NCBI RefSeq assembly: GCF_006345805.1
Contig: NW_021836226.1
Coordinates: 1 to 24,884 of the forward strand
Direction: 5' to 3'
DNA length: 24,884 nucleotides
DNA from: Octopus sinensis
Lineage: Eukaryota
Shown here one piece after another: positions 11,040 through 21,085 of this stretch (position 1 is its first letter; each line of letters begins with the position of its first letter). Made by a program: the position numbers and the translations under genes. The notes beneath the pieces are model-generated. The model made no database searches. It saw only the letters and a list, made by a program, of their open reading frames with translations, and was not told the origin of the DNA.

Positions 11040-11154
11040 GCACTGCCGTTGAGAAAGTTGTGGCGAAAGAGTACAACAGGGATCACTACAACTTTCTCAA
11101 CGGCTGTGCTTCAGCATGGCCGCAGCTCTGAGCTGAGACTACAGCAAAGAAAAG
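11040..11154 (+). mobile_element. Short SINE-tail fragment with a 22-bp inverted duplication
   Basis: 11040-11061 and 11088-11109 are reverse complements with 1 mismatch. 11101-11125 (CGGCTGTGCTTCAGCATGGCCGCAG) matches the family-1 tail GGCGGTGCTCCAGCATGGCCGCAG at 4265-4288. A-rich end AAAGAAAAGA. Confidence 0.7.
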
Positions 11155-11206
11155 ATATATATATATTCATATATCTATCCAGCTATCTATCTATCAATCT
11201 ATCTAC

Positions 11207-11257
<51 letters not shown>

Positions 11258-11513
11258 CCAGTCTGCCTCTCTCTCACCCCTCTCTCTCTCTTTCCCTCTC
11301 TCTCTATCTATCTATCTCTAACTCTCTATCTACCAATCTCCCTCTCCCCCCCCTCTCTCTCTATCTATCTATCTATCTATCTGTCTATCTATCTATCTCT
11401 AACTCTCTATCTACCTGTCTGCCTCTCTCCCCCTCTCTCTCCTCTCTCTCTCTCTCTCTCTTAATATATATATATTTGTTTATTTCCCTCCAAATTAAAT
11501 AATGTCCAGTTAC

Positions 11514-11560
11514 CGTAAACGTCTGCTTCTTCATGTCTGCTCGTCTGCTCCTCTCTTGTT
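11514..11560 (-). CDS. Candidate 47-nt internal coding exon (exon c) of an unidentified host gene: (E)QERSRRADMKKQTFT
   Basis: Minus strand ATATAACAG|AACAAGAG...TTTACG|GTAACT. Purine-rich, 23/47 GC. Phase 1 start matches the phase 1 end of the 13137-13182 exon. The acceptor is weak (little pyrimidine tract). Confidence 0.4.
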
Positions 11561-12401
11561 CTGTTATATATGTGTGTTGGTTGGCTGGCTGGTTGGCTGG
11601 CTGGTTTGTTGGCTGGTTGGTTGTTAGGTAGGTATTTATCACCGTTCTGTTAGTTTGCAACGAGAACATTAGATGATATTGTTTTCCCAAATGGTTTGCA
11701 TTATACATAAATACGACATATCGTACATTAAGTATCAACCTCGCATATATGCATGTATATATATATATATATAATATATATATATATATTATATATGTAT
11801 GTATATGTATATATATATATATATGTGTAATTATGTAGTTATGTAGTTATCATATTTGTATATATTTGTATGTGCATATACATCCATGCACGTTTTGTAT
11901 GCAATGTTATATATATATAATGGCACGTGCGTAATGTATGCCCTGTATGTATTTAATGCAATAAAATACATCTCTGTACACGCACGAATGTATGTACCTT
12001 TATATAGATGCATACATACATACCTACGCACACACATACTCACAAACATATATATATATATATGTGTGTATGTGTGTATCTATGTATACGTATATATATA
12101 TGTATATATGCATGCATGTATGTATGTATGTAAGTATGTATGAAATATATCTACGCACATGCAGGTATGTATATCCATAAGTATGTGTGTGTGAGTGTGT
12201 ACACATATATGAGTGCGCGTGTTTGTGGTTGTGTATGTATATACACAAACATACATATGTACATAGTAACTGATTTATTCATTAATCTCCTGTTATAGTG
12301 TGTATTTCAATAGAATAATTACTCTCTCTGAACACATGCGCACACAAATAGACACTATATAAATACATATATAAATACATACATACACACACATACATAC
12401 A

Positions 12402-12437
<36 letters not shown>

Positions 12438-12630
12438 TATATGTATATATATACACATACACATATATATATATAAACATATATATATATATGTGTGTGT
12501 GTGTATGTGTGTTTCTATAAGGATAAATCAAAAATATTTTTCTACATATATATATCGGTTTATTTTTTAATACAAAGGCGTGTGTATGTGTGCGTACATA
12601 TATACGTACATACACACATAAATATACATA

Positions 12631-12688
<58 letters not shown>

Positions 12689-13136
12689 TATATGTTATAT
12701 ATATATATGCATATATATATACATATATTATACATACATATATACATACATGTATATATATAGATAGATATATATATATACAAACGTGTGTATGTTTCTG
12801 CCTTTCTATGTGGGTATGTGCGAATGTCTGTATGTACGTGTGCGCGCGCGTGTGTGCCTCTGTGTGTGTGTGTGAGTGCGTGTGTGTTTGTCGTTGTGTG
12901 TAATTATTCTATCGAATTAAATTCAGCCAGTATATTAGTAGATAAATCAATTAATAATCACCAGACATACATTGTGAGTGTCAATTTTTCCTGATGCAAC
13001 TCTACACATACTAGAGACTACAGCGGCCACTTGATAGATCAAATAGTGAACATGATATAAAACTTTTATAAAACACACCAATCTATTTCAATAGAAGTTA
13101 TTTGAAACAGCAATTACTCAAAAATTATGGCCTTAC

Positions 13137-13182
13137 CTCGCTTACACTGATAGTCTGAACACATTGGGTCGTAAGGGCAAGC
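13137..13182 (-). CDS. Candidate 46-nt internal coding exon (exon b): ACPYDPMCSDYQCKR
   Basis: Minus strand CTGTCTTCTTCAAAG|GCTTGC...GCGAG|GTAAGG. Strong donor, 23/46 GC in an AT-rich setting, open in phase 0, matching the phase 0 end of the 15000-15058 exon. Confidence 0.55.
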
Positions 13183-13273
13183 CTTTGAAGAAGACAGCCG
13201 ATGAGTGTATGAGAGTTTGCGCTTGAATGTCTCTACGTATGCATCTCAATACACACACACACACACACACACA

Positions 13274-13309
<36 letters not shown>

Positions 13310-13330
13310 TATTTGTTTATATATTTATAT

Positions 13331-13361
<31 letters not shown>

Positions 13362-13978
13362 CACAAACACACACACACATATATATATGTACATGTATAT
13401 ATACATATATACACACACACACACATATATATATACCCACACACATACATATGTATATATACCTCACACACATACACTTTATATATAGGAGGAAGAGAGA
13501 TATTATGTTCATTCACACTTTACGAATAGCAAACCTGTTTCACTGTGCAAACGCTGACATACTCCATTTTGTGTGATTGTGAGTGTCAGCGTGCGCGAAA
13601 ATGTTCATATATATAAATGCCGAGATTACGTTTTGCTCAAGCGAAACAACACAACCCTTTTAGAACTCACTGTTTTAATAACACTCACGTAAATATACAA
13701 ACACACACACAATATATATATATATATTATATATATATATATATAATATATATATATATGTGTGTGTTGTGTGTGTATGCATTTGTATGTATGTGCGCGT
13801 GTATGTATGTATGTATGTTTTTGTAGATCTTTAGCTGGGCTAAAAAGTCACATTCGATCACAGCACCAGTAACAGTTAAGCTTCGTGCAATGGCCATACT
13901 CGATAACGAGGGGGCAGCCATCATGTATGTATGTATGCATGCATGTATGTATGTAGGTATATACGCGTATAATATGAT

Positions 13979-14566
13979 TTAGGTCTGCTTCGCATTGTTT
14001 GAGAATAATGAGAAAGGCATCGTGAGTGCTGGTGGCTTGAAGGGACCAAACATACATTTGCCCTTGGGGGTCAATGCATACGCAGTGATAAGTTTGGTGC
14101 GATGTAAAGGGACTGTTTTGGAGAAGATTTATCTGGTAGATTCTATGTTCGTTTAGAAGCTAAGCGGGCAGGGAGTGTGAAGGGTTTCTGGGAAGAAGTA
14201 TTGCTCATATGATATCATGTTTGAGAAGTTGAAGAATAGGGGCCCCACGAAATTGGTAGAGATGTCTTTGGCCGGGGACCAATTGGATATGGGCTGTTTG
14301 AGTGATGGGGAAGCTTGTGGAATGTAAGACCAGCAAAAGCAATCATCGTAGTTCGAATAACGGTGTTGCAGGAGTGAAGGTCCTGGGCAGAAGTTGTTCA
14401 GTTTATTGGATGGGTTTTTAATCTAGACGTTGTAAATCATTCTTTCCACCTCATCTGCCGCAGTTCCAACCGAGAGAATTTCAGAGGACTTAAACTGTAA
14501 GTTTTTTTGTTGTAGGTCGTGAAGAGCATCTGAGCTACAATGGATACTTAATGTAGAACTGCGAAG
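13979..14566 (-). pseudogene. Decayed reading frame, possibly LINE (L1/Tx1-like) ORF1 with RRM and a broken zinc knuckle
   Basis: One minus-strand frame of 196 codons has only 3 internal stops (14425, 14155, 14131): ...DEVERMIYNV*IKNPSNKLNNF...QHRYSNY...QYFFPETLHTPCPLSF*TNIESTR*. The family assignment is inference from loose motif resemblance. Confidence 0.4.
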
Positions 14567-14999
14567 TTAACTTAAATTACCGCAGAGTCTGCGAGATGAT
14601 GAGAGTGTTCTGTAGTAAATGGATGTGCGATAAGTAATCGAGTTAAATCAGTGGTCGGACTCTATATCCCTCTATACCTCCATCCCAGTGGTAGGCATAG
14701 AAAAAGATGAAGGAATGACTAAATAACTAAAGGGGAAGAAAAACAGAGAGTTTGACGTTACACAAACATAATTCTAAACCTTTCTTTACTGCCACTCTTC
14801 TACAACTTCATGCTTTTCTACGTTTGGCTACATTTTAATAGAAAATAGGGTGTGGTTTGGCGATGATTTAGTTACCATTTCCCAAAATAAGCCATATGCA
14901 AGCACATAAAAATCCGCACGAGTACACCCAGAAACACAAACAAAACAACCCATATATATGTATTTGTCCGTGCGCGCGCGCGCGCGTGTTAATACTCAC

Positions 15000-15058
15000 T
15001 TGGTGAAATACCAGTCTGGTGGGGCTAGAATTTAGTTCCATCCGTTTGGTATTGCATT
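15000..15058 (-). CDS. Candidate 59-nt internal coding exon (exon a): xCNTKRMELNSSPTRLVFHQ
   Basis: Minus strand CCTTCGTTTCTTATTGGTTATTGACTTTTTCGTCAG|AATGC...CACCAA|GTGAGT. Good pyrimidine tract, consensus donor, and only one of three frames open (phase 1 start, phase 0 end). Confidence 0.55.
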
Positions 15059-15477
15059 CTGACGAAAAAGTCAATAACCAATAAGAAACGAAGGAAAAGT
15101 CTAAAATCTATTATTATGCTGAGCATTTATATTTAGAATGGCCGCTATTTTTCATGCTACGTATACTCTACAGACAATAAAACTTCCTAAATTGATTTCT
15201 GTTCTAACTTTGGTGTAATGCCACAACATTTTGAAGGGAGGACAAAATTAATTTATAAAACGTAAAACTCGACAGGTTTCCCTTTTCTTTATCAGCCCTG
15301 GATGGATGAAATACAGTGAATTTGTCAGAATCAAGTTTAGGGGAAATGAGGCATGTTCCTGCCCTTCGTATTCTGAACTCAAATCAAGCTAAAATCAAGT
15401 CTGACTTTCATGCTTTCGCATGGGGTCAATAAATTAAGGGTAGTGGATTGGGTTTTTTATTGGTTATGCTAATGTTG

Positions 15478-15557
15478 TTGTAGATGATAATGATGATGAT
15501 GATTATGATGATAATGATGACGACGACAACAACAATGATGACGACGATGATGATGAT
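15478..15557. repeat. (ATG)n/(ACG)n trinucleotide block
   Basis: Directly visible. Confidence 0.85.
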
Positions 15558-16177
15558 GGTATTCTTTCGACTTCTCGCGGAGATTCTCATAATTTTTGTT
15601 TACTGACTTTTTCATCCATCTTTTTTTAATATTTTCTTCTTGAACCGCATAATTTTTTACCTTCATAATTTTGTCGTTGGTTGTGTAGCTCAGCAGTTTT
15701 CTTTCTCATTGCTGTCGTTGTCATCACCGTCTTTCTTTCTTGTCGTTGCTTCTATAACATTTTCTTCTTCCGTCTAACGATTGTATTGCACAATAGCAGT
15801 TGTAGCCAAGTTGTTTGATAAGAAGAATCGCAAATATTTCTTTCCCCTTCATGAATCGCGACATATATTTCTTAAATTATTTAAAACTTTATTTATAAAT
15901 AAGAAAACGTACAGCAACATAGACTGAAAATCTCTGCCCGTTAAATATTTTCATTGGGTCTTCTTTTATGAAATTGTGACCTTAAAATTTGATTGCTGGA
16001 ATGTTAAAACTGTTTTTAAAAAGTACCCCTGAAACAAAATATCATACCAGCAACTGAAAATGAAATCTTCGAAAGCCGCTTTCAGCTGGCGAACATAAAG
16101 CTTAGTCACTTTTGCATTGTAACCATACTGGTGTTGCCAGAGTTAATATCTACGTATTTATTATTGCATTGCACCAA

Positions 16178-16424
16178 AGAACAGCGAGCTGGCAGAATCA
16201 TAAGAACATCCGATAAAAATACTCAGTGGTTTTCGTTGCAATTATACAATTGTGAGTTCAAATCCCGCCGAGTTCAACTTTGTCGTTCATTTCTTCTTGT
16301 TCAATCAAATATACCAGTCAAATACTCTATTTCATCGACTTTTTGAGGGGAGGTAGTTTAGTAGATGGTATTTACTAAAACTCTTCCCATGAAAATTGCT
16401 GTGCCTAAATCAAAAAACCATTAT
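16178..16424 (+). mobile_element. Old, degenerate tRNA-derived SINE, family 2
   Basis: GCGAGCTGGCAGAATC head, B-box GAGTTCAAATCCC (GTTCRANNC) and tail AAAATTGCTGTGCCTAAATCAAAAAACCATTAT. Aligns with the 18655 and 22721 copies in the opposite orientation. Confidence 0.7.
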
Positions 16425-16455
16425 AGCATTACACCGAAAACATTTAGGATGATGT

Positions 16456-16833
16456 GTGGTTTTTCGATATAGCATGCAAAGATTACAAGGCAGACGATTG
16501 CTTAAACGCAGACGATAGCTTGAACGGCAAACGATAACTTGACCTTGCCGTTACCATCGTCGCCGTAGCTGCCTAACTCCCACCGTAGCTTTCTTTTCAA
16601 ATTACATACTTCTTCATATTTTTTATAAAACTATAAAATATTCACTGGATGCACACAGTGAGGAATAAAGGTATTGTGTCTCACCTGAAAAGAAGAAAAC
16701 TGAATGCTTTTACGCCCTCTTTTCCCTGAAAATGCCGCAAACAATATCAACAATCAACTTTCCAACTTTCGTCTACAAAAATTGTGGAAATACAATGTTA
16801 GCTTTCATGGCATCGGTTTTATGAAGAGAACAG
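16456..16833. mobile_element. Possible non-autonomous DNA transposon relic containing three 18-bp tandem units
   Basis: GCAGACGATTGCTTAAAC / GCAGACGATAGCTTGAAC / GCAAACGATAACTTGACC at 16490-16544. The right part (16730-16833) resembles a repeat I recall from octopus. Terminal inverted repeats are not convincing. Confidence 0.3.
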
Positions 16834-17110
16834 CTTGCTAATAACAACCACAAGCAGCACCACAACAACGAAATAACAACAAACGGAACAATAACAACAA
16901 TAACAATTACGATAACAATAATAATGACAATAATAATAATTCGATTTTTATTTTTCTAATTTCCTTTTAATAGTAATATATCGTCCACGAGATCAAACAT
17001 ATCAGCTGCAAGATGCAGAAGAAAGAAGAAACCGATATATATATATATATAGTATATATATATATATATGTGTGTGTGTGGTGTGTGTGTATATATATAT
17101 ATATATATAA

Positions 17111-17187
<77 letters not shown>

Positions 17188-17284
17188 GGTGTGTGGTGTG
17201 TGTGTATATATTATATATATTATAGGTATATATGTATATATGTAATATATATATGTAATATATATATGTATTACCATATAATAT

Positions 17285-17319
<35 letters not shown>

Positions 17320-17533
17320 GCATATATATATATATATATATATTATCTATATACATTCATACATACATACATGCATACGTACACATACGCATACACATAC
17401 ACACAGAGAAACATATAACATGTGAATATATGAATATAAAAATGAATAAAATAGCTGAATTAACACATTAACACCTTAACGGCAATGGGAACAATTACTA
17501 GATATCGACAACGACAATAACATGAATAGAATT

Positions 17534-17570
<37 letters not shown>

Positions 17571-18045
17571 GCAACAGCAGCAGCAGCAGCGGCAGTGGCA
17601 GTAACAACAATAGCAACGACATTGGAAGAGTTACGAGTTCAGTTCACAACAATATCGTTATAAATAATAAAAATTATAACAAAAATGGAAACCCATTTCA
17701 AATATGAAGCAATTAAGAGGCACTTAAAAAAAAAAGGAAAGAAAAAAGACAGGTGCCCACCTTTACCTATTAAGGCTAAATAACCATAACAATGATATCA
17801 ATAACATCGATAATGGCGATTGTTAACAAGCAGAAATAGCGCTAACAATAACAACATCATCGTAATCCTCATCAACATGCATCGCCGCCGCCGCCGCCGC
17901 TTTCTTCGCCGTCGCCGTCATGGCAGTCATAGCTGTCGTCGTCGTCGTCGTAGGCATCGTCATTGTCATCATCAGCAGCAGCAGCAACATTATTATTATT
18001 ATCATCACCGTCGTGGTCGTCAAGTTCGGCACCACCAATATCAAT

Positions 18046-18076
<31 letters not shown>

Positions 18077-18240
18077 CCACTGCCACCACCGCCACCACCG
18101 TCACCACCACAAACATCACCACCATCACTACCACCACCGACGCCACCACTACCACCACCACCGTCGCCGCCGCTGCCTCTGTCATCCTCGTCATCATTTT
18201 CGTTCATATCCGTTTGACAACTAATACAAGCTTAATAAAA

Positions 18241-18269
18241 GTTTGAAATTTTGGCACTAGGCCAGCAAT
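18241..18269 (-). mobile_element. 29-bp isolated 3' tail of SINE family 2
   Basis: GTTTGAAATTTTGGCACTAGGCCAGCAAT matches the tail at 18661-18688 and the reverse complement of 10355-10385. Confidence 0.6.
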
Positions 18270-18456
18270 ACATGACAACACACACACACAACACATACAC
18301 ACACACACACACATACACACACACACACACGCGCACGCACGCACACACACACACACGCATGTTACCTCATTTCCTACCACCTTCACCATCACTATCAATG
18401 TCACCACTTCCACCTCTTCCAGTATTACCGTTTCCACTACTAAAAATACCAGCATC

Positions 18457-18523
<67 letters not shown>

Positions 18524-18654
18524 ATGCTGCTGCTGCTTCTGCCACTACCACCATTACCACTACCATCACCACCAACAATAATACCAACATTATCACCACC
18601 ACTGCCACTATCATTTCCACCACTACAACCACCGCCTCCATTTCTCTTGCTATT

Positions 18655-18875
18655 TTTTCTTTTCTAAATTTGGCACAAGGCCAGCAATTTTTTAGGGAGG
18701 GGAAGTCAATTACGTCGCCCCCTAGTGCTCCACTGGTACTTAATTTATCAACACCGAAAGGATGAAAGGCAAAGTCGTCTGCGGCAACATTTGAGCTCAG
18801 AACGTAAAGAGCTAAAAGGTCTACTAAGCATTTTGTCCGACGGAGCTAACGTGTCTTCCATCCCGTCGGCTTCCC
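18655..18875 (-). mobile_element. Full-length tRNA-derived SINE, family 2, with 13-bp TSD
   Basis: Colinear with 22721-22926 and 10207-10394. Perfect flanking direct repeat TTCTCTTGCTATT at 18642-18654 and 18876-18888. A-rich tail on the minus strand. Confidence 0.9.
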
Positions 18876-19128
18876 TTCTCTTGCTATTGTATTGTCAACA
18901 GTAATAATATGCTGGGAATAGCACACAAAAATCCCTTAATTCATATCTTATCATGAAAAGGGAAGATACTCGCTGGATTATGTAGTCCTATGTGCATTAT
19001 TATGTCTGAGGAGAAAGAAATAGGGGAAGAACACGGCAGGAACGTCTGTTATCATAGATTACAGAAACAACGTCACAAAGGTCAACGTCTCTACTACTAC
19101 TACAACTACTACCACCACCACCACCACC

Positions 19129-19163
<35 letters not shown>

Positions 19164-20671
19164 AACAACCACCACCACCACAAACTACTACTACTACTAC
19201 TACTACTGCTGCTACTGCTGTTACTACGGCTGCTCCTGCTACTGCTGCTACTACTACTACCACCGCCAGCGCTACCAGCAGCAACAGCAGCAACAACAAC
19301 AATAACAACAACAGCTACTACTACTACGACCAACACTGTTACCAGATCGAATACCACCTCCGTCACCACTACTACCGCCGCCACAACTACAACCTCCAGC
19401 TTCACTGCTACAACTACAACAACAGCAGCAATCACGGCAGCGACCAGAGAACTTTACTAAAACTATTGTTACACTATTTACTACCACTTTTACTGGCGCA
19501 TTAACAACAATAACAGACACAACAACAGTCACAGACTACCACCACCACTACAACAAATACCTCAACAACAGCAGCAGCCACGATGACCATCATCAACACT
19601 ATTACTATGGCCATAGCAGTGACTACCACTAGTACCACCACCGAAAACACAACCAGTAGCCATGACGCCCGCCGCTTCTGCCGCCACCAGTACGGCAATT
19701 ATCACAAGAACCATGATGATGACGATGCCACCACTACCACAACAACCACCTCTACCACTACTTCACTACTACTACCGCCACAATCATTATGCCACTACCA
19801 CCGCCACCGTACCGCCACCACCACCACCACCACCATCACCACCACCACCACCACCACCAAAACCACCACCACTGCCACTGCCACCACCACCACCATCACT
19901 GCCGCCACCACCACCACCACCGCCACCACCACTACCGCCACAACCACCACCTCCATCACCACTGCCACCACCGCCACCAACACCACCACCGCCACCACCA
20001 TCACCACCGCCACCACCGCCACCGCCGCCACCACCACTAAAACTATCACCACCGCCACCACACCACCGCCACCAGCACCGCCGCCGCCGTCGCCAAGAGA
20101 ACAACAAGAACAGCACCAGCAACATGGAGACGGCATCATGGCGCCGCGTGAAAAGAGAAATCTGCAACAACAAATAAGGCGATTAGTGAGTAATACATCA
20201 TTGTTTAAAGTGAAATCGATCTGTGCTGGGTGCGGGGTGGGGATGCGGTCAGGGTGGTAGTGGTGGTGGTGGTGGTTTGTCATTGTGGCGTGGAGATGGT
20301 GGAAGTGATGGTGGGTGGATCGAACGACAGCAAGTGTATAGTCTCAAAGTGCATTGGAGGGGTCTCTTATTCTCGATCCCTTGGGTCGGTTTAATGGAAC
20401 TCACTGAGAATAACATGGCGTGGTAGGGTTGTCGTCATCGTCGTCGTCGTTGTCGTGATGACAGCGGTCACGGTTGGCGAGACGGTGGTGTTGATGATGG
20501 TGGTGGTGGTGGTGGTGGTTGCAGTGGTAATGGAAATTGTTGTTACTGTGACGGTGGTGATGGTGTTGGTTGTGGTTGTGGTGGGGGTTATGATTGTCGA
20601 TAGTGGTTGTGAAGGTAATGGGTGTAGTTGTAGAAATATAGGAGATGATGGCGATGGTAATGGAGGTGGTG

Positions 20672-20885
20672 TTGTTATTGTTTAGCTCCAGGACTGTCCT
20701 AACCGAACTGACCTACGATCAAAAGTCCTACAGCCATGACCACCCCCTCTTCCACGCCCCGACCTACACAACATCGTTATATGATATTTTATCGAATGTA
20801 ATTCTAGCCTTCATATTAAGACAGTCAGGAGTGATCTGAGGGAGATTTTTGCAGCTATTTCTAACATATCGATAGACAACCCCGA
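20672..20885 (-). mobile_element. Degenerate unclassified interspersed repeat with (AAC)n-type end
   Basis: A complex island between SSR blocks (GACCTACGATCAAAAG...CAGCCATGACC...GAGGGAGATTTTTGCAGCTATTTCTA) that I recall as a common octopus repeat. There is no second in-window copy. Confidence 0.4.
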
Positions 20886-21085
20886 GGTTTGTTTGTCCGT
20901 TTGGCATATTACTTCTTGCTATTATATATATGTATGTAAGTGTGTGTGTATGTGTGTGTGTGTGTGTGTGTGTATACATTGTAGGTTGGTAGGTAAGCAG
21001 GTATGCATGTCTATATGTATTTGCGTCCGCTCGCGCGTGTATGTATGTGTGTTTGTCATAGACATACATAAACACTAATGACTGT

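Larger units (their letters stand above)
11155..13965. repeat. Compound microsatellite blocks: (CT)n/(CTAT)n, (TTGG/CTGG)n, (TA)n, (TATG)n, (CA)n
   Basis: Visible blocks at about 11155-11475, 11575-11632, 11745-12260, 12330-12900, 13245-13490, 13700-13822 and 13923-13965. Confidence 0.9.
16830..20680. repeat. Microsatellite field turning from dinucleotide to GC-richer trinucleotide repeats: (AAC), (AGC), (GTC), (ACC), (ACT), (GGT)
   Basis: Blocks at about 16830-16945, 17035-17405, 17525-17615, 17830-18210, 18272-18640, 19095-20095 and 20225-20680. Confidence 0.9.

Noticed and set aside
15330-15345. TTAGGG telomere-like hexamer
   Set aside because: A single occurrence, not an array.
15661-15760. 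Open phase-1 segment ending GAAG|GTAAAA upstream of exon a
   Set aside because: The acceptor has no pyrimidine tract and the sequence is a degenerate purine-rich repeat.
19583-20260. 225-aa Thr-rich ORF resembling a mucin
   Set aside because: Built on (ACC)n. Four other overlapping frames on both strands are also open, and there is no signal peptide or credible splice context.
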